Below, piece by piece: positions 9,778 through 20,110 of a stretch of DNA of 53,179 bases (position 1 is its first letter; each line of letters opens with the position of its first letter). Position numbers and translations under genes: made by a program. The DNA comes from a virus (Duplodnaviria > Caudoviricetes): positions 1 to 53,179 of IMG/VR virus record IMGVR_UViG_3300032053_000105. The stretch is one strand, 5' to 3'. The notes beneath the pieces were generated by a model. That model worked only from the letters and a program-made list of their open reading frames with translations. It was not told where the DNA came from and searched no databases.

Positions 9778-10054
9778 AAAAGAGAGATATATGGATTTTA
9801 AAATCGGTGGTTTTTACGAAACGAAAGATAAAGATTGGTTTTTTATCAATGAAATGAAAGGTAATGATATAAGTGGCAGATTTATTTATATTGATGATGA
9901 ATTTTACGATGAAGATATTGTGGACATTACCAAACAAGAATTGGCAGAAAAGTTATTAGACGGAAAGTGTTGGGTTGGCAGATATGACAAAGACAAAGGA
10001 TTGTACGCAGTTTGGGATGGAGCGAATAAATCAACATTAAGGAAATTAAGATGA
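9740..10054 (+). CDS. Hypothetical protein (start uncertain)
   Basis: Tightly packed ORF. Confidence 0.6.
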   Translation: MIYKIIKLMDIFRKERYMDFKIGGFYETKDKDWFFINEMKGNDISGRFIYIDDEFYDEDIVDITKQELAEKLLDGKCWVGRYDKDKGLYAVWDGANKSTLRKLR

Positions 10055-10327
10055 GTGAAACTTATGACCATTGATGATTCAGATACAATTTGTAGCTTAT
10101 GTGACAAGTTGAAAGACACGCCATATAAAAATATAGGCGAAAAGATTAGAGAACTTTCAACTTACGACGAATTTCTAATCGGTGATTGCTTGACTTATTT
10201 GGCAATAAAAGAAGGAACGGAAAAGTTTTGGACTTGGCAAGAATTCAATGGAAACAAAAATGCTGGGATTAGAAACTATGATAATGTAGTCATCAAAAAT
10301 AGAAATAATTGCGGAGTATTAGTATGA
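10055..10327 (+). CDS. Hypothetical protein
   Basis: Tightly packed ORF. Confidence 0.55.
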   Translation: MKLMTIDDSDTICSLCDKLKDTPYKNIGEKIRELSTYDEFLIGDCLTYLAIKEGTEKFWTWQEFNGNKNAGIRNYDNVVIKNRNNCGVLV

Positions 10328-10935
10328 GCGAAATTTACGATCGTGAATACTTTGAAGATGGGATCAAAACTGGCAAATCTGGTTATGAGAATTATCGCTG
10401 GCTTCCTGAAAGAATTTACCGAGAAGTAAGAGCGGTAATTCATTTACTTGGAATTGAGCCAGGTCAATCAGTTTTAGATATAGGTTCAGCCAAAGGTTTT
10501 TGGGTTAAGGGTTTTAGACATTACAATATCGAGGCTTATGGCTTTGATACTTCTGAATATGCTCTTTCACATGCTGATAATGAAGTGAAAAGATACTTAG
10601 TTGATTATTTACCAAACCAAAAGTTTGATTATATTGTTTCCCGAAATACTTTTGAACATATAAAAGAAGACGAATTAAAAGAAATATTTAAAAAATGTCT
10701 TAAAATGACCGATGTAATGTTTTTTACCGTGCCTTTAATTGATCCCAAAACTGGCGATTATATTATGCAAGTTTTAGATACGACCCACGAAATAAAATGG
10801 TCAAATGAGCAGTGGATTCGGTTTTGTGAAGATTGCGGCTGGAAAAATGTAAGGATAATGTTTCAGTTGCCTGGCATTCACGATAAATATAACGAGTATC
10901 CTAACTCAATCGGGTTTTATGTATTAAAGAAATGA
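10324..10935 (+). CDS. Class I SAM-dependent methyltransferase
   Basis: VLDIGSAKG, GFDTSEYA, TFEHI. Confidence 0.88.
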   Translation: MSEIYDREYFEDGIKTGKSGYENYRWLPERIYREVRAVIHLLGIEPGQSVLDIGSAKGFWVKGFRHYNIEAYGFDTSEYALSHADNEVKRYLVDYLPNQKFDYIVSRNTFEHIKEDELKEIFKKCLKMTDVMFFTVPLIDPKTGDYIMQVLDTTHEIKWSNEQWIRFCEDCGWKNVRIMFQLPGIHDKYNEYPNSIGFYVLKK

Positions 10936-11552
10936 AATTAACGATCCTTTTTCAATTTGCCGGTCGCCCATACCTTGAAAAGATTGCACGGGATTTTTTA
11001 GAAGATAGTTTAGGTAAATTTAAAGATTATGACTGGATAGAATTAGATTGTAGTAATTTAACAATCGGGGCTGGGTATAACAGATTAGTGGAACAAGTAA
11101 AAACAGAATTTGTGATGACAGTATTAGACGATTTTGGCTTTTTTCCTGCTACGATTGGTGATGAAAGTGGCCAATGGGTAAAAGATGCAATAACGATTTT
11201 AGACGAGAGACGGGATATAGGAGTAATTCAGTTAAGAAAAGAAAATGATTGTGTCGAGTTAGGAAAATTAGGAGAGATAGAAAAAGTTAAAGATACCTCG
11301 TTTATCAATTATAAACCTTGGGATAATCGAGGTTGGGTAATTAATCCAATAATTACGAGAACTGAGGTATTAAAACAGATCGTTCCTTTAGATGAATTAG
11401 ATACGGGCGGTAATGTAACTGAAACCTCTGGCTGGGACAAATGGAAAAAGTTAGGATTAAAAACAGCCAAACTGAATGTGCCCTATAAGGGAGTTTGCTT
11501 TCATCTTGGCTGGCATAGAAGTAAAGTTTTTGGTTGGAAGGACAAATTATGA
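10932..11552 (+). CDS. Putative GT-A glycosyltransferase
   Basis: GAGYN, VLDD, HLG. Confidence 0.65.
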   Translation: MKLTILFQFAGRPYLEKIARDFLEDSLGKFKDYDWIELDCSNLTIGAGYNRLVEQVKTEFVMTVLDDFGFFPATIGDESGQWVKDAITILDERRDIGVIQLRKENDCVELGKLGEIEKVKDTSFINYKPWDNRGWVINPIITRTEVLKQIVPLDELDTGGNVTETSGWDKWKKLGLKTAKLNVPYKGVCFHLGWHRSKVFGWKDKL

Positions 11553-12115
11553 ATAATACTTTACAAATGTTAAATAAAACAATCGGCAGAAAGAGTTTTT
11601 TAATTGGTGGTCAGCTTTTAGGGGCGATTCGAGAAAGTAAATTCTTGAAAAATGAACACGATATTGATTTGGGAATTTTAGTTGAAGATTATAAGGAAGT
11701 TTTAAGTATATTAAAAAAGGATTTATTTCTTGGTAAAATTTCAATTCGTAAAGTCGAAAAGACTAATATAATTAGATGTATAAAGTTTAAAGTTGGCGAA
11801 ATTCTGGTTGATATATTCTTATTTTATTTAATAGGTGATAATAGATTTAATATTACCAGTTGCGATTCATTCGCCTTTCACAAATATCCAAAAGAGATTT
11901 TTGAGAATTTGGGTGAGATTGAGTTTTTTGGCAAACAATATAAATGCCCAAATCCGCCAGAAGCATTTTTACAACTTGAATATGGTGATGACTGGTTGAT
12001 ACCGAGAGGAAATTGGAGTTGTTGTTATGATCCGCCTTGCGTGGTTTGGGATAAAGAGGAGTTAATTAAAATAATAAAGGAATTAGATGAAAATTCTCAC
12101 GATAGGCGTTTTTGA
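11549..12115 (+). CDS. LicD-family phosphotransferase
   Basis: GGQLLGAIRE, HDIDLG, VDIF, YGDDW. Confidence 0.88.
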   Translation: MNNTLQMLNKTIGRKSFLIGGQLLGAIRESKFLKNEHDIDLGILVEDYKEVLSILKKDLFLGKISIRKVEKTNIIRCIKFKVGEILVDIFLFYLIGDNRFNITSCDSFAFHKYPKEIFENLGEIEFFGKQYKCPNPPEAFLQLEYGDDWLIPRGNWSCCYDPPCVVWDKEELIKIIKELDENSHDRRF

Positions 12116-12479
12116 TCTGCTTCACAAAGGACACATCAATTTAATAAAAAAAGCTTCTGAATTAGGCGATCTGATTATAGCGGTCAAATCATCTGAAGGA
12201 ACTTTGATTATAAAAGGTAAAAAACCATTACAATCTCTGGAAGATAGGATTAGAACAATTAGAACGAAACTCGCAAAATATATTAAATTGGTTGTCGGAA
12301 TTGATAATGATGAAGATAAACTGATCGAATTGCTGAAACCAGATATAATTTGTCGAGGTGATGATTGGTTGGATTTTCCAGGAGTTAAGACTGCTAAAAA
12401 ATTAGGGATGAAAACCGTTTATTTTAAATATACTAAAGGGATAAGTTCAACTAAATTAAGGAGTAAAATTGAAAATTAG
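12087..12479 (+). CDS. Cytidylyltransferase (TagD/glycerol-3-phosphate CT-like)
   Basis: GVFDLLHKGH, GDDW, YTKGISST. Confidence 0.92.
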   Translation: MKILTIGVFDLLHKGHINLIKKASELGDLIIAVKSSEGTLIIKGKKPLQSLEDRIRTIRTKLAKYIKLVVGIDNDEDKLIELLKPDIICRGDDWLDFPGVKTAKKLGMKTVYFKYTKGISSTKLRSKIEN

Positions 12480-13275
12480 TAGTTTTGTTATAATTTCGGA
12501 AGTGGAAAAACTAAAATACCCTTACATTGAAAGCATTAAAAGTTTTTTGCCCTTATGTGATGAGATTAATGTTGTTTATAATGTTGTACCTGGCTTTGAA
12601 GATGGCTCGCTGGAAAAAATAAAAGCGATTGGCGATCCCAAGATTAAACTTATAGCAGGGATTTTTGATTATGATAAGTTTGGCTGGGCTTCGCAGGGGA
12701 TTATGCGGACACTTGGTTATTACGCTTGCAGTGGCGATCTGGCGTTGATGTTTGATGCAGATGGTATATTACACGAAAAAGATGTAGACAAGGCCAAGAA
12801 CGAGCTACAACGCTTGTATGACGATCAGGTTGCCTATGGATTTTGGATGAAACACAGAATCAATCAAAGAGAAACTTGGGTTCGACAATGCAAACATTCG
12901 GGAATTTACAATAAAAGTATTATAGGCAATGGTTTTAATTTTTTTGGCGGGAATGGACTTTCACATCCTAATTGGGGAATCTTGCCAGAGGAACAACAAC
13001 GAGGTAGGCAGACCGATGTTTGGATTTATGGTTATGAGAGATGCTGGGATGATAGGAAATTATTTGATTACAAATTAGCCAAACGCCGAATAATGGAAGC
13101 TTCGGCTCACAAGGTTTTGGGTGAGGAAGATTACATTCAGGATTTTTTAGACGAAAGGCGTGAAAAAAACAATAATGAAGGTCAACATATATCGATAGCA
13201 GAACAGCCGGCAATAATACAAGATAAATTAAGGGAGATAACTGAAAAGCAATTTGGTTATTTGTTATTTAAATGA
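12469..13275 (+). CDS. Glycosyltransferase, GT-A, paralogue 2
   Basis: YPYIESIKSFLPLCDE, FDAD, shared C-terminal motif. Confidence 0.8.
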   Translation: MKISSFVIISEVEKLKYPYIESIKSFLPLCDEINVVYNVVPGFEDGSLEKIKAIGDPKIKLIAGIFDYDKFGWASQGIMRTLGYYACSGDLALMFDADGILHEKDVDKAKNELQRLYDDQVAYGFWMKHRINQRETWVRQCKHSGIYNKSIIGNGFNFFGGNGLSHPNWGILPEEQQRGRQTDVWIYGYERCWDDRKLFDYKLAKRRIMEASAHKVLGEEDYIQDFLDERREKNNNEGQHISIAEQPAIIQDKLREITEKQFGYLLFK

Positions 13276-13976
13276 AATGTAATTTCGGCTTCCGTCATTA
13301 TTTAGAAATTCTGGAAAAGTTTAAGCGAAAAGGCTATAAGTTTGGTTTGTTTGATGAAGAAACAAAAGATAAAGTAGTCTATTTAAGGCACGATTTAGAT
13401 CATTCTATTGAAAAAGCAGTCCCGATTGCCGATTTAGAGCGAAGTGTCGGAGCGAAAGCAACTTATTGTATCCGTTTAGCCTCACCATTCGATAATCTGT
13501 TTAATCACAAGAGCCGAGATGCAATCCAAAAGATACATAGTCGGGGGCATACTATCGGGCTTCACTATGAGCGAGAAGCTTGGAATGGCATAGTTGAAGA
13601 AGAAATAGCGAGACAATTAGAAATCTTAAAAAAGTATTTTCCGATTCAAAATATTGTTTCTTTCCACCGCCCGCAAGAAGATATATTTAATAAAGAGTTT
13701 AAGGGTTTTATAAATACTTACGGGCAAAGGTTTTTTGGTGATGTTAAATATTTATCCGACTCAACGGGAACTTGGCGAAGCGGTTGCCCTTGTAAGAATT
13801 TAGATCGGATTAAAGATAAGAATTATCAGTTTTTAACTCATCCTGTCTGGTGGGGAAGAGAAGAGGGTGATGCCTGCAAGCATTTACATAATTTTTTTAG
13901 AGAGAAGATATTAAACGAAGAGCAAGATTTTTATGAAGATAATCCGTTTTATACGGAGAGATTGGAGTTAAAATGA
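13272..13976 (+). CDS. Polysaccharide deacetylase-like (WbmS-like) protein
   Basis: LRHDLD, IGLHYE, SFHRP, YLSDS, THPVWW. Confidence 0.78.
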   Translation: MKCNFGFRHYLEILEKFKRKGYKFGLFDEETKDKVVYLRHDLDHSIEKAVPIADLERSVGAKATYCIRLASPFDNLFNHKSRDAIQKIHSRGHTIGLHYEREAWNGIVEEEIARQLEILKKYFPIQNIVSFHRPQEDIFNKEFKGFINTYGQRFFGDVKYLSDSTGTWRSGCPCKNLDRIKDKNYQFLTHPVWWGREEGDACKHLHNFFREKILNEEQDFYEDNPFYTERLELK

Positions 13977-14121
13977 AAGACGATGAAATGTGTACTGATG
14001 ATTGCCAAACTTGTGGTGGTAGTTTAACTAATAAAGAATGTAAAGAGCGAGCAGGAAATAGTTTGCCTTTATTTTTTCTTTTTATTATATTTTGTATTTA
14101 TATAATTATTCGGAGTATTTT

Positions 14122-14970
14122 ATGACACTCGGTTGCTATATTTTAATGCAAAATCCAAAAACTAATAACTACCCTTATTTAGAAGTGATAAATTGTTGTT
14201 TAGATTTATTTGATGAGATTCTGATTGTTGATGGCGGGACTGATGATGGTTCGATTGAAGAAATTGATAAAAGATATGAATATTTAGGAGATAAAACTAA
14301 GATACCACATGAAGACAAAGTAAAAATTATTGAGAGATTGTGGTCAGTTAATGCCGATTGGGATTTTTTAACTCAACAATATGACTGCGGGCTTCAAAAT
14401 CTCACGACTGATTGGAGAATGAAAGTTGATGCTGATTTCTTATTTCACGAACACGATTTATGGCAGATAAGAGAGTTCTTATATGGACATAGAGATTATA
14501 GAATAGTTTCATTTGAAAAGGCGGCTTTCAACCTGATTGACCGATACCGCTCTAAGACTAAAGTAGGTTTGGCGGTTAATAAAAAAATGTATCCGAATAT
14601 CCACTGGAACACTGATGACAAATACCAAGATGGCGATGAGGTTTTAGAAGAGGAAACTTGGATACCTTCGGGGATTAAAGTTTATTCTTATGATAATTGT
14701 TTCAAGACAAAGGATAATATCAAAAAGACAATGTATAAATTCGCCAAAGCAGTTTATAAAAAATATGGCAAGAACTGGGGACACGAATCGCCAGAAGCGG
14801 CTTTGAAGTTTTTTATTGATATGGCAAGGACAAGATTTGATGCCCATAATCAAAGCGAGATTCCGTTAGAAGCCCACCCGAAATATATTCAAGAGAAGAT
14901 TAAAAATATGACCGAAGAGCAATTAGGTTTTTCGCTATTCGGTTATAAGAAAGCGAGTTATTTTGCGTAA
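14122..14970 (+). CDS. Glycosyltransferase, GT-A, paralogue 3
   Basis: DEILIVDGGTDDGS, VDAD. Confidence 0.85.
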   Translation: MTLGCYILMQNPKTNNYPYLEVINCCLDLFDEILIVDGGTDDGSIEEIDKRYEYLGDKTKIPHEDKVKIIERLWSVNADWDFLTQQYDCGLQNLTTDWRMKVDADFLFHEHDLWQIREFLYGHRDYRIVSFEKAAFNLIDRYRSKTKVGLAVNKKMYPNIHWNTDDKYQDGDEVLEEETWIPSGIKVYSYDNCFKTKDNIKKTMYKFAKAVYKKYGKNWGHESPEAALKFFIDMARTRFDAHNQSEIPLEAHPKYIQEKIKNMTEEQLGFSLFGYKKASYFA

Positions 14971-15529
14971 AATCTTTATCGATGTCGGTTGTGGAAATTG
15001 CGAAGATTTATTGAATTTCTACCACAAGAATAAGGATTATATTTATTATGGGATTGACGCTTCACATGATTATCACCACAAATGGATTGAGTTGGAAAAA
15101 AAATACCCGATTACTTTTATCAACCAAGCGGCCTGGATTAAAGATGGTGAGATAATTTTCTATGATGAGCAGTTAGATAATCCGCAAGGTTCGACTTTGA
15201 TTAAAGAGAAAAAAGGCATTGGGAATATGGAAGCAATTTGGGTAAAAGGATTTGATTTTAGCGAATGGCTTAAACAATTCAAAGATGATTATGTAATTTT
15301 ATTTATAGATATTGAAGGGGCAGAATATGATGTCTTGAATAAAATGTTCGAAGACGGAACTATCTCAATTCCAAAAAAGATATTCTACGAAGGACACGCT
15401 CATAAAGTTTATAATGATAGGATAAAAGAATTAGCCTTACAAGTTGAAAAGAAGTTAGAGAAAATTAGACATTGGAAAATAGGCAGTGATGAAGTAATAG
15501 ATACTGAATATTTTGGAGAAAAAAAATGA
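14963..15529 (+). CDS. FkbM-family methyltransferase
   Basis: FIDVG, AAWIKDG, DIEGAEY. Confidence 0.88.
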   Translation: MRKIFIDVGCGNCEDLLNFYHKNKDYIYYGIDASHDYHHKWIELEKKYPITFINQAAWIKDGEIIFYDEQLDNPQGSTLIKEKKGIGNMEAIWVKGFDFSEWLKQFKDDYVILFIDIEGAEYDVLNKMFEDGTISIPKKIFYEGHAHKVYNDRIKELALQVEKKLEKIRHWKIGSDEVIDTEYFGEKK

Positions 15530-16614
15530 AAATAATCAAAAATCCCAAAATTGAAATTATGCCCGAACGAGGCAAGCATTGTTTTATAGGTAAGATAGAA
15601 AATGATACCTATCGGATTTTTGATGTGATAAATGCCGATGAGTTGACCGAAGAATGGATGGATAAAAACTTCCATTGGGGTGATTATCCTTCCGAAAATA
15701 AACCTTATCACGGTTGGGCGGGATTGAAAGAAGCGACCATAATTCAGAACATCTGTTGGTATCACGGATTAGCTCCGAGAGTTTACGAGATAGTCGGGAT
15801 TGAGACTGAAGGCAAAAAGTGGTTTGCTCAAAGGATTGAGGATATAAGTAGCTTGTCTTATGTGAATGAACATAAAGATGCCGAACCGATTTATAAGGCA
15901 GTTAAAAAGTTAGGTGAAACTTATGGTTTCCACACTGAGAAGGATGATGTTTCAAGGCGAGATGTAATGGGCGGAAAATTGGTTGATTTTAATACCTTTC
16001 ACTTTACTGATGACTATAGAGAAAAAGTAATGGCGATTGTTAGAGATAAGGGTCATTATGGTAAGACCGTATATCAAGATGAGCCCAAATTGGATATTAT
16101 TAGCACACCAAGAAAAACCGCCCATAGGATTAAGGTAATGAAATTAGATAAGATAGATTTTGCGAACAAAATTGTGTTAGATTTAGGTGCAGCAACAGGC
16201 GGGTTTTGTCGATATGCTAAAGATAGGGGAGCTGGTAGGGTTTTTGGTATAGATTTTGAGGATGTGATAGGGACAGATACTCGGTTAGCCGCTTATCTGA
16301 TTAGTTGGGAGTTAGGATATTTTGATATAGAGTTTGTTCAGCTTGATTTAAGAAATAATTTTAGATTAGAAAGAGGCGAAAAAGCCGATATAGTTTTCTT
16401 TTTATCGATGTCCTTTCACATAGGAATCCCCGATTGGCTTGGTGAAATTACTGAAGAACTTTTAATCTTTGAAGAGAACTCAAGAGGATTTAAAGAAAAT
16501 CCCGAAGTTACTAAAAATACAATAGCAAAATTGGAAACTATGTTTAAAAGGGTCGAGTTAGTTGGTTATAGCCGAGACCGAGAACCACAACCGATATTTT
16601 GGTGCTGGAAATGA
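15526..16614 (+). CDS. Kinase-like domain fused to SAM methyltransferase
   Basis: N: EATIIQN..GLAPRVY, KLVDF; C: VLDLGAATGGF. Confidence 0.7.
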   Translation: MKIIKNPKIEIMPERGKHCFIGKIENDTYRIFDVINADELTEEWMDKNFHWGDYPSENKPYHGWAGLKEATIIQNICWYHGLAPRVYEIVGIETEGKKWFAQRIEDISSLSYVNEHKDAEPIYKAVKKLGETYGFHTEKDDVSRRDVMGGKLVDFNTFHFTDDYREKVMAIVRDKGHYGKTVYQDEPKLDIISTPRKTAHRIKVMKLDKIDFANKIVLDLGAATGGFCRYAKDRGAGRVFGIDFEDVIGTDTRLAAYLISWELGYFDIEFVQLDLRNNFRLERGEKADIVFFLSMSFHIGIPDWLGEITEELLIFEENSRGFKENPEVTKNTIAKLETMFKRVELVGYSRDREPQPIFWCWK

Positions 16615-16835
16615 TGCGAATAAACTTAAAGAAATATACTGAATGTTGTATTAATGGACATAAATTTGATGGAATTCCACCGAGAAAAAATTTATATAAC
16701 ATTAAAGGAAAATTAATCGGTATGACATCTTTTTGTACTAATTGTTTTTTAGACCATCCAGATTTTTATTTTCCTTTTAAAGAATGGAAAAAATCTAAAT
16801 ATTTTACAAATATACATAAAGGGAGTTTAATTTGA
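16599..16835 (+). CDS. Small Cys-containing hypothetical protein
   Basis: CINGH...CTNC. Confidence 0.5.
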   Translation: MVLEMMRINLKKYTECCINGHKFDGIPPRKNLYNIKGKLIGMTSFCTNCFLDHPDFYFPFKEWKKSKYFTNIHKGSLI

Positions 16836-17407
16836 AACCAAAAAACTGGTGGAAAAATAATTCAGAAACTTGGCTTAAAAAGATGGCAAGTTGGGAAAAA
16901 CAAGAAAAAGGAAATTCAAGGCATTTTGAAGATGAGAAAATGTTTTTGATAACAAGAATTAACCATATTATGTGGCACGATGAAAAGCTAAAAAAAGTTT
17001 TAGAAGTTGGAGCTGGTAACGGAAGGATTATTGGCTGGATTGATGCTGATCGTTCTTCAATAGATATTAATCCAGAATTATCAGCTTATGTAAAAAAGCA
17101 TTATCCAGAAATTAAAACCTTAGTCGGTGAAATAATAGATTTACCCTTTAAAGATAAATCATTTGATTTGGTTTATACCCACGAAGTTTTACAGCATATT
17201 GAACCAAGTGAAATTGATAAAGCTTGTTCGGAATTAAAGCGAGTAGGAAAGGAAGTTTGGACTTTGGAAAACTGGCGAGATAAAGAAATAGACCAAAAAG
17301 TTTCCGATGCTCACGGCGGGAGATGGAACTGGGACTTGAAAAAATACTTTAATGTCTATTATGAGTTTTATACGGATTGGGGACAGATGTTCCTAAAATC
17401 AAAATGA
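16832..17407 (+). CDS. Class I SAM-dependent methyltransferase
   Basis: VLEVGAGNG, LPFKDKSFDLV. Confidence 0.9.
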   Translation: MKPKNWWKNNSETWLKKMASWEKQEKGNSRHFEDEKMFLITRINHIMWHDEKLKKVLEVGAGNGRIIGWIDADRSSIDINPELSAYVKKHYPEIKTLVGEIIDLPFKDKSFDLVYTHEVLQHIEPSEIDKACSELKRVGKEVWTLENWRDKEIDQKVSDAHGGRWNWDLKKYFNVYYEFYTDWGQMFLKSK

Positions 17408-18354
17408 GTTATAAATGTGTAGTTAAGTTGGCGGACGCTTATCGTTCTGAGTCAAGACGAAATACACTTGCTTCATCAAGGGTTAGGGGTCATTGGCTTT
17501 CAAAATACTGGAAAGAATGTGATGATAACTTTTATCCATCTGATTATAACTGGAAAGGCAATGATTTCTTTTCAATAAAGACGCAACTTGACAATTTAGA
17601 ACCATATGATGTAATAATAATGAATAAGACTTATGAAGCGGAATTGGTTAAACGATTAAGGGAACGAGGACAGAAGGTTATTCTTGATTTATGCGACCCT
17701 GATTGGCAAGAGCCGTATTACTCTGATAAAAATCGAAAGCGAAAATGTTTGGAGACAATGAAGGAAGTTAATGTTTTAGTGATAAATGGTATTGAAATGT
17801 ATCAGTCAGTTAAAAAAATGTTTCCTAAAAAACCGATTTACATTATTCCTGATAGGATTGATCTTGACTGGCACAAACCCCGAAAACAAATTCACAACAA
17901 AGAACTTAAGAATATTTGCTGGTATGGTTATTCGGCAAATCTGGTAACGCTTGAACCTTACATAAAAGATATAATAGATATGGGACTTCAACTGACAGTT
18001 ATCTCGGATAAGTTTTTTGAAAATTTAATCTTATTAGGAGTAAAAAATCCAAGAGAGTTTATCTCGTTTAAAAAATGGGATTTAAAAACGATAAATGAAT
18101 TGATAGTTGAACAAGACTGCGTTTTTCTCGGCGATAAACTGACAAAGTGGAAATCAAATAACAGAATGCTTACCGCTTGGGCTTTAAGAATGCCCGTAGC
18201 CAAAAATATAAAAGACTTAAAGAAGTTAGTAAATATTGATGAACGAATTAAAAATGCCAGTCAAGGTTTTGAAATGGTTAAAGAAAAATTTGATATAAAA
18301 GAGAGCGTAGAAAATTATAAACAACTTATTTGGAAAGAATGGAGAATGAAATGA
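17404..18354 (+). CDS. GT-B glycosyltransferase-like, paralogue of 21867-22736
   Basis: ASSRVRG, DLCDPDW, WYGYS, KSNNR...WALRMPVA. Confidence 0.75.
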   Translation: MSYKCVVKLADAYRSESRRNTLASSRVRGHWLSKYWKECDDNFYPSDYNWKGNDFFSIKTQLDNLEPYDVIIMNKTYEAELVKRLRERGQKVILDLCDPDWQEPYYSDKNRKRKCLETMKEVNVLVINGIEMYQSVKKMFPKKPIYIIPDRIDLDWHKPRKQIHNKELKNICWYGYSANLVTLEPYIKDIIDMGLQLTVISDKFFENLILLGVKNPREFISFKKWDLKTINELIVEQDCVFLGDKLTKWKSNNRMLTAWALRMPVAKNIKDLKKLVNIDERIKNASQGFEMVKEKFDIKESVENYKQLIWKEWRMK

Positions 18355-18560
18355 ATCAATATTTAAAGATTATTATTAGCGGAGTACAACTGGCAGTTAT
18401 GGGTATTTTTACATTTTTATTTTATAAACTTTTACTTGGTGATAAAATTTGCTGGTATGAAAACAGCCAGATAATTGCTGGTATAGAACTTACGCTTTTT
18501 GGGATAGTGACTATATTTACTCTAATACAATTTATTAAGTCAGTTGGAGGTAAAAAGTGA
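18351..18560 (+). CDS. Small two-TM membrane protein
   Basis: Two hydrophobic segments. Confidence 0.65.
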   Translation: MNQYLKIIISGVQLAVMGIFTFLFYKLLLGDKICWYENSQIIAGIELTLFGIVTIFTLIQFIKSVGGKK

Positions 18561-20110
18561 AGAACATTTTAATTGTTTGTGACAAAGAAAATTCAGCGAT
18601 CTGGCGTATGGCAAAAGGCGTTGAAGCGAACCTGCCTCATCTAAGTATTCGAGTGATTGCAGTTCATCCTAAACGACCCGACCCAGACCAACTCAATGCC
18701 TATCTTGACGGCGTTCAATGGGCGGATGTTTGCGATTATCAATATTGGAAAACAGCTCTTATGTTATTAGAAAAATATCCGAATAACAAACCCAAAATTC
18801 TTCAGCATCACAATCCCTACAATTTACACGAAAGCGACTGGAAACAATTTGATAAAGTAGTGGTTAATAATAAAACAATGCAAAATGATCTCAAAGGTTC
18901 GGTTCTTATCGGCAATGCGATCGATCTCAATGTTTTTAAATACCAACGGGAATATCCCGAAGATTCAAAAACAATTATTATGGTGGCAGCAAGGATTGAA
19001 AGTAAAAAAGGGATATTGGAAGTAGCTCAAGTTTGTAAAGATTTAGGTTATAAACTTTTACTGGTCGGTTCAATCTCCGACCCTGATTATTTCAACAAAG
19101 TAATGACAACTGGAGTGGTTGATTTTCGGGAAAAAATTTCCGATGGGGAATTGGTTAAATGCTATCACCAGTCGGCTTTACATATTTGTAATTCGGTGGA
19201 TGATTTTGAATCCGGGACAAATCCGATTTTAGAGGCGATGGCAACCGGCGTGCCTGTAATTACTCGCAGAGTGGGGCATGTGCCAGATTTATTTAATGGT
19301 TTTAATATGGTGGTAAGAAAAGGGCAACTAGATGATATTAGTGATTTAAAAACCGAAATAATAAATTTAATGAATGATTTACCAAGACGAAAAGATATGC
19401 GAGAGAATGCTTGGAAAACTGCCAAAACGAGGGGAAATTGGCGAAGGGCGATTGAATATGAAAAATTATACTGGAAAGTATTCGCTCCTTTTAAGGAATT
19501 GGTATCGATCATTATTCCCACTTTTAATCGTAAAGAATTATTGGCAAAGGTTTTAGAAGGTTGTTTATTACAAGACTGGGAGGCGAGAGAGATTATTATT
19601 TGCGATGACGGATCGTGGGATGGGACAAGGGAGATGGTAATGCTTTTGAATTCTCAATCAAAAATACCGATTAAATATATCAATACGGGTTTAAAAGATA
19701 AATATGGTTTAGCACAGGCAAGGAATCAGGGGATTATCGAAGCGGGTGGAAACATTTTAGTTTTCTTGGATGACAGATACTATCCCGAACCACGATTAAT
19801 AAGTGAGTTTCTCCAAAAATTAAAACCAAAAGTCTGGCTTTATGGCAATAAGGGCAAGAAAAAAGATTTTGTCGAGAATGTTAGTTGTTGTTATCGGGAA
19901 GATATAATCAAGGCAGGAATGTTTAATTCTTCCGTTCAGCTTTATGGTTTTCAAACACAGGAACTCAAAAGCAGATTCAAGTCTCAAGGCTGGAAATTTG
20001 AATATGTTGAAAATGCAAAAGTTAAAACACTTTCAACTACTAAAAGTAAATATACTAAAAAAGAAGAAATAAGGGTTTCGAAGGACTTGTTATGGAAACT
20101 CGGCTTATAA
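18557..20110 (+). CDS. Bifunctional GT4 + GT2 glycosyltransferase
   Basis: ESGTNPILEAMATGVPVI then VSIIIPTFNR, CDDGS, FLDD. Confidence 0.92.
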   Translation: MKNILIVCDKENSAIWRMAKGVEANLPHLSIRVIAVHPKRPDPDQLNAYLDGVQWADVCDYQYWKTALMLLEKYPNNKPKILQHHNPYNLHESDWKQFDKVVVNNKTMQNDLKGSVLIGNAIDLNVFKYQREYPEDSKTIIMVAARIESKKGILEVAQVCKDLGYKLLLVGSISDPDYFNKVMTTGVVDFREKISDGELVKCYHQSALHICNSVDDFESGTNPILEAMATGVPVITRRVGHVPDLFNGFNMVVRKGQLDDISDLKTEIINLMNDLPRRKDMRENAWKTAKTRGNWRRAIEYEKLYWKVFAPFKELVSIIIPTFNRKELLAKVLEGCLLQDWEAREIIICDDGSWDGTREMVMLLNSQSKIPIKYINTGLKDKYGLAQARNQGIIEAGGNILVFLDDRYYPEPRLISEFLQKLKPKVWLYGNKGKKKDFVENVSCCYREDIIKAGMFNSSVQLYGFQTQELKSRFKSQGWKFEYVENAKVKTLSTTKSKYTKKEEIRVSKDLLWKLGL

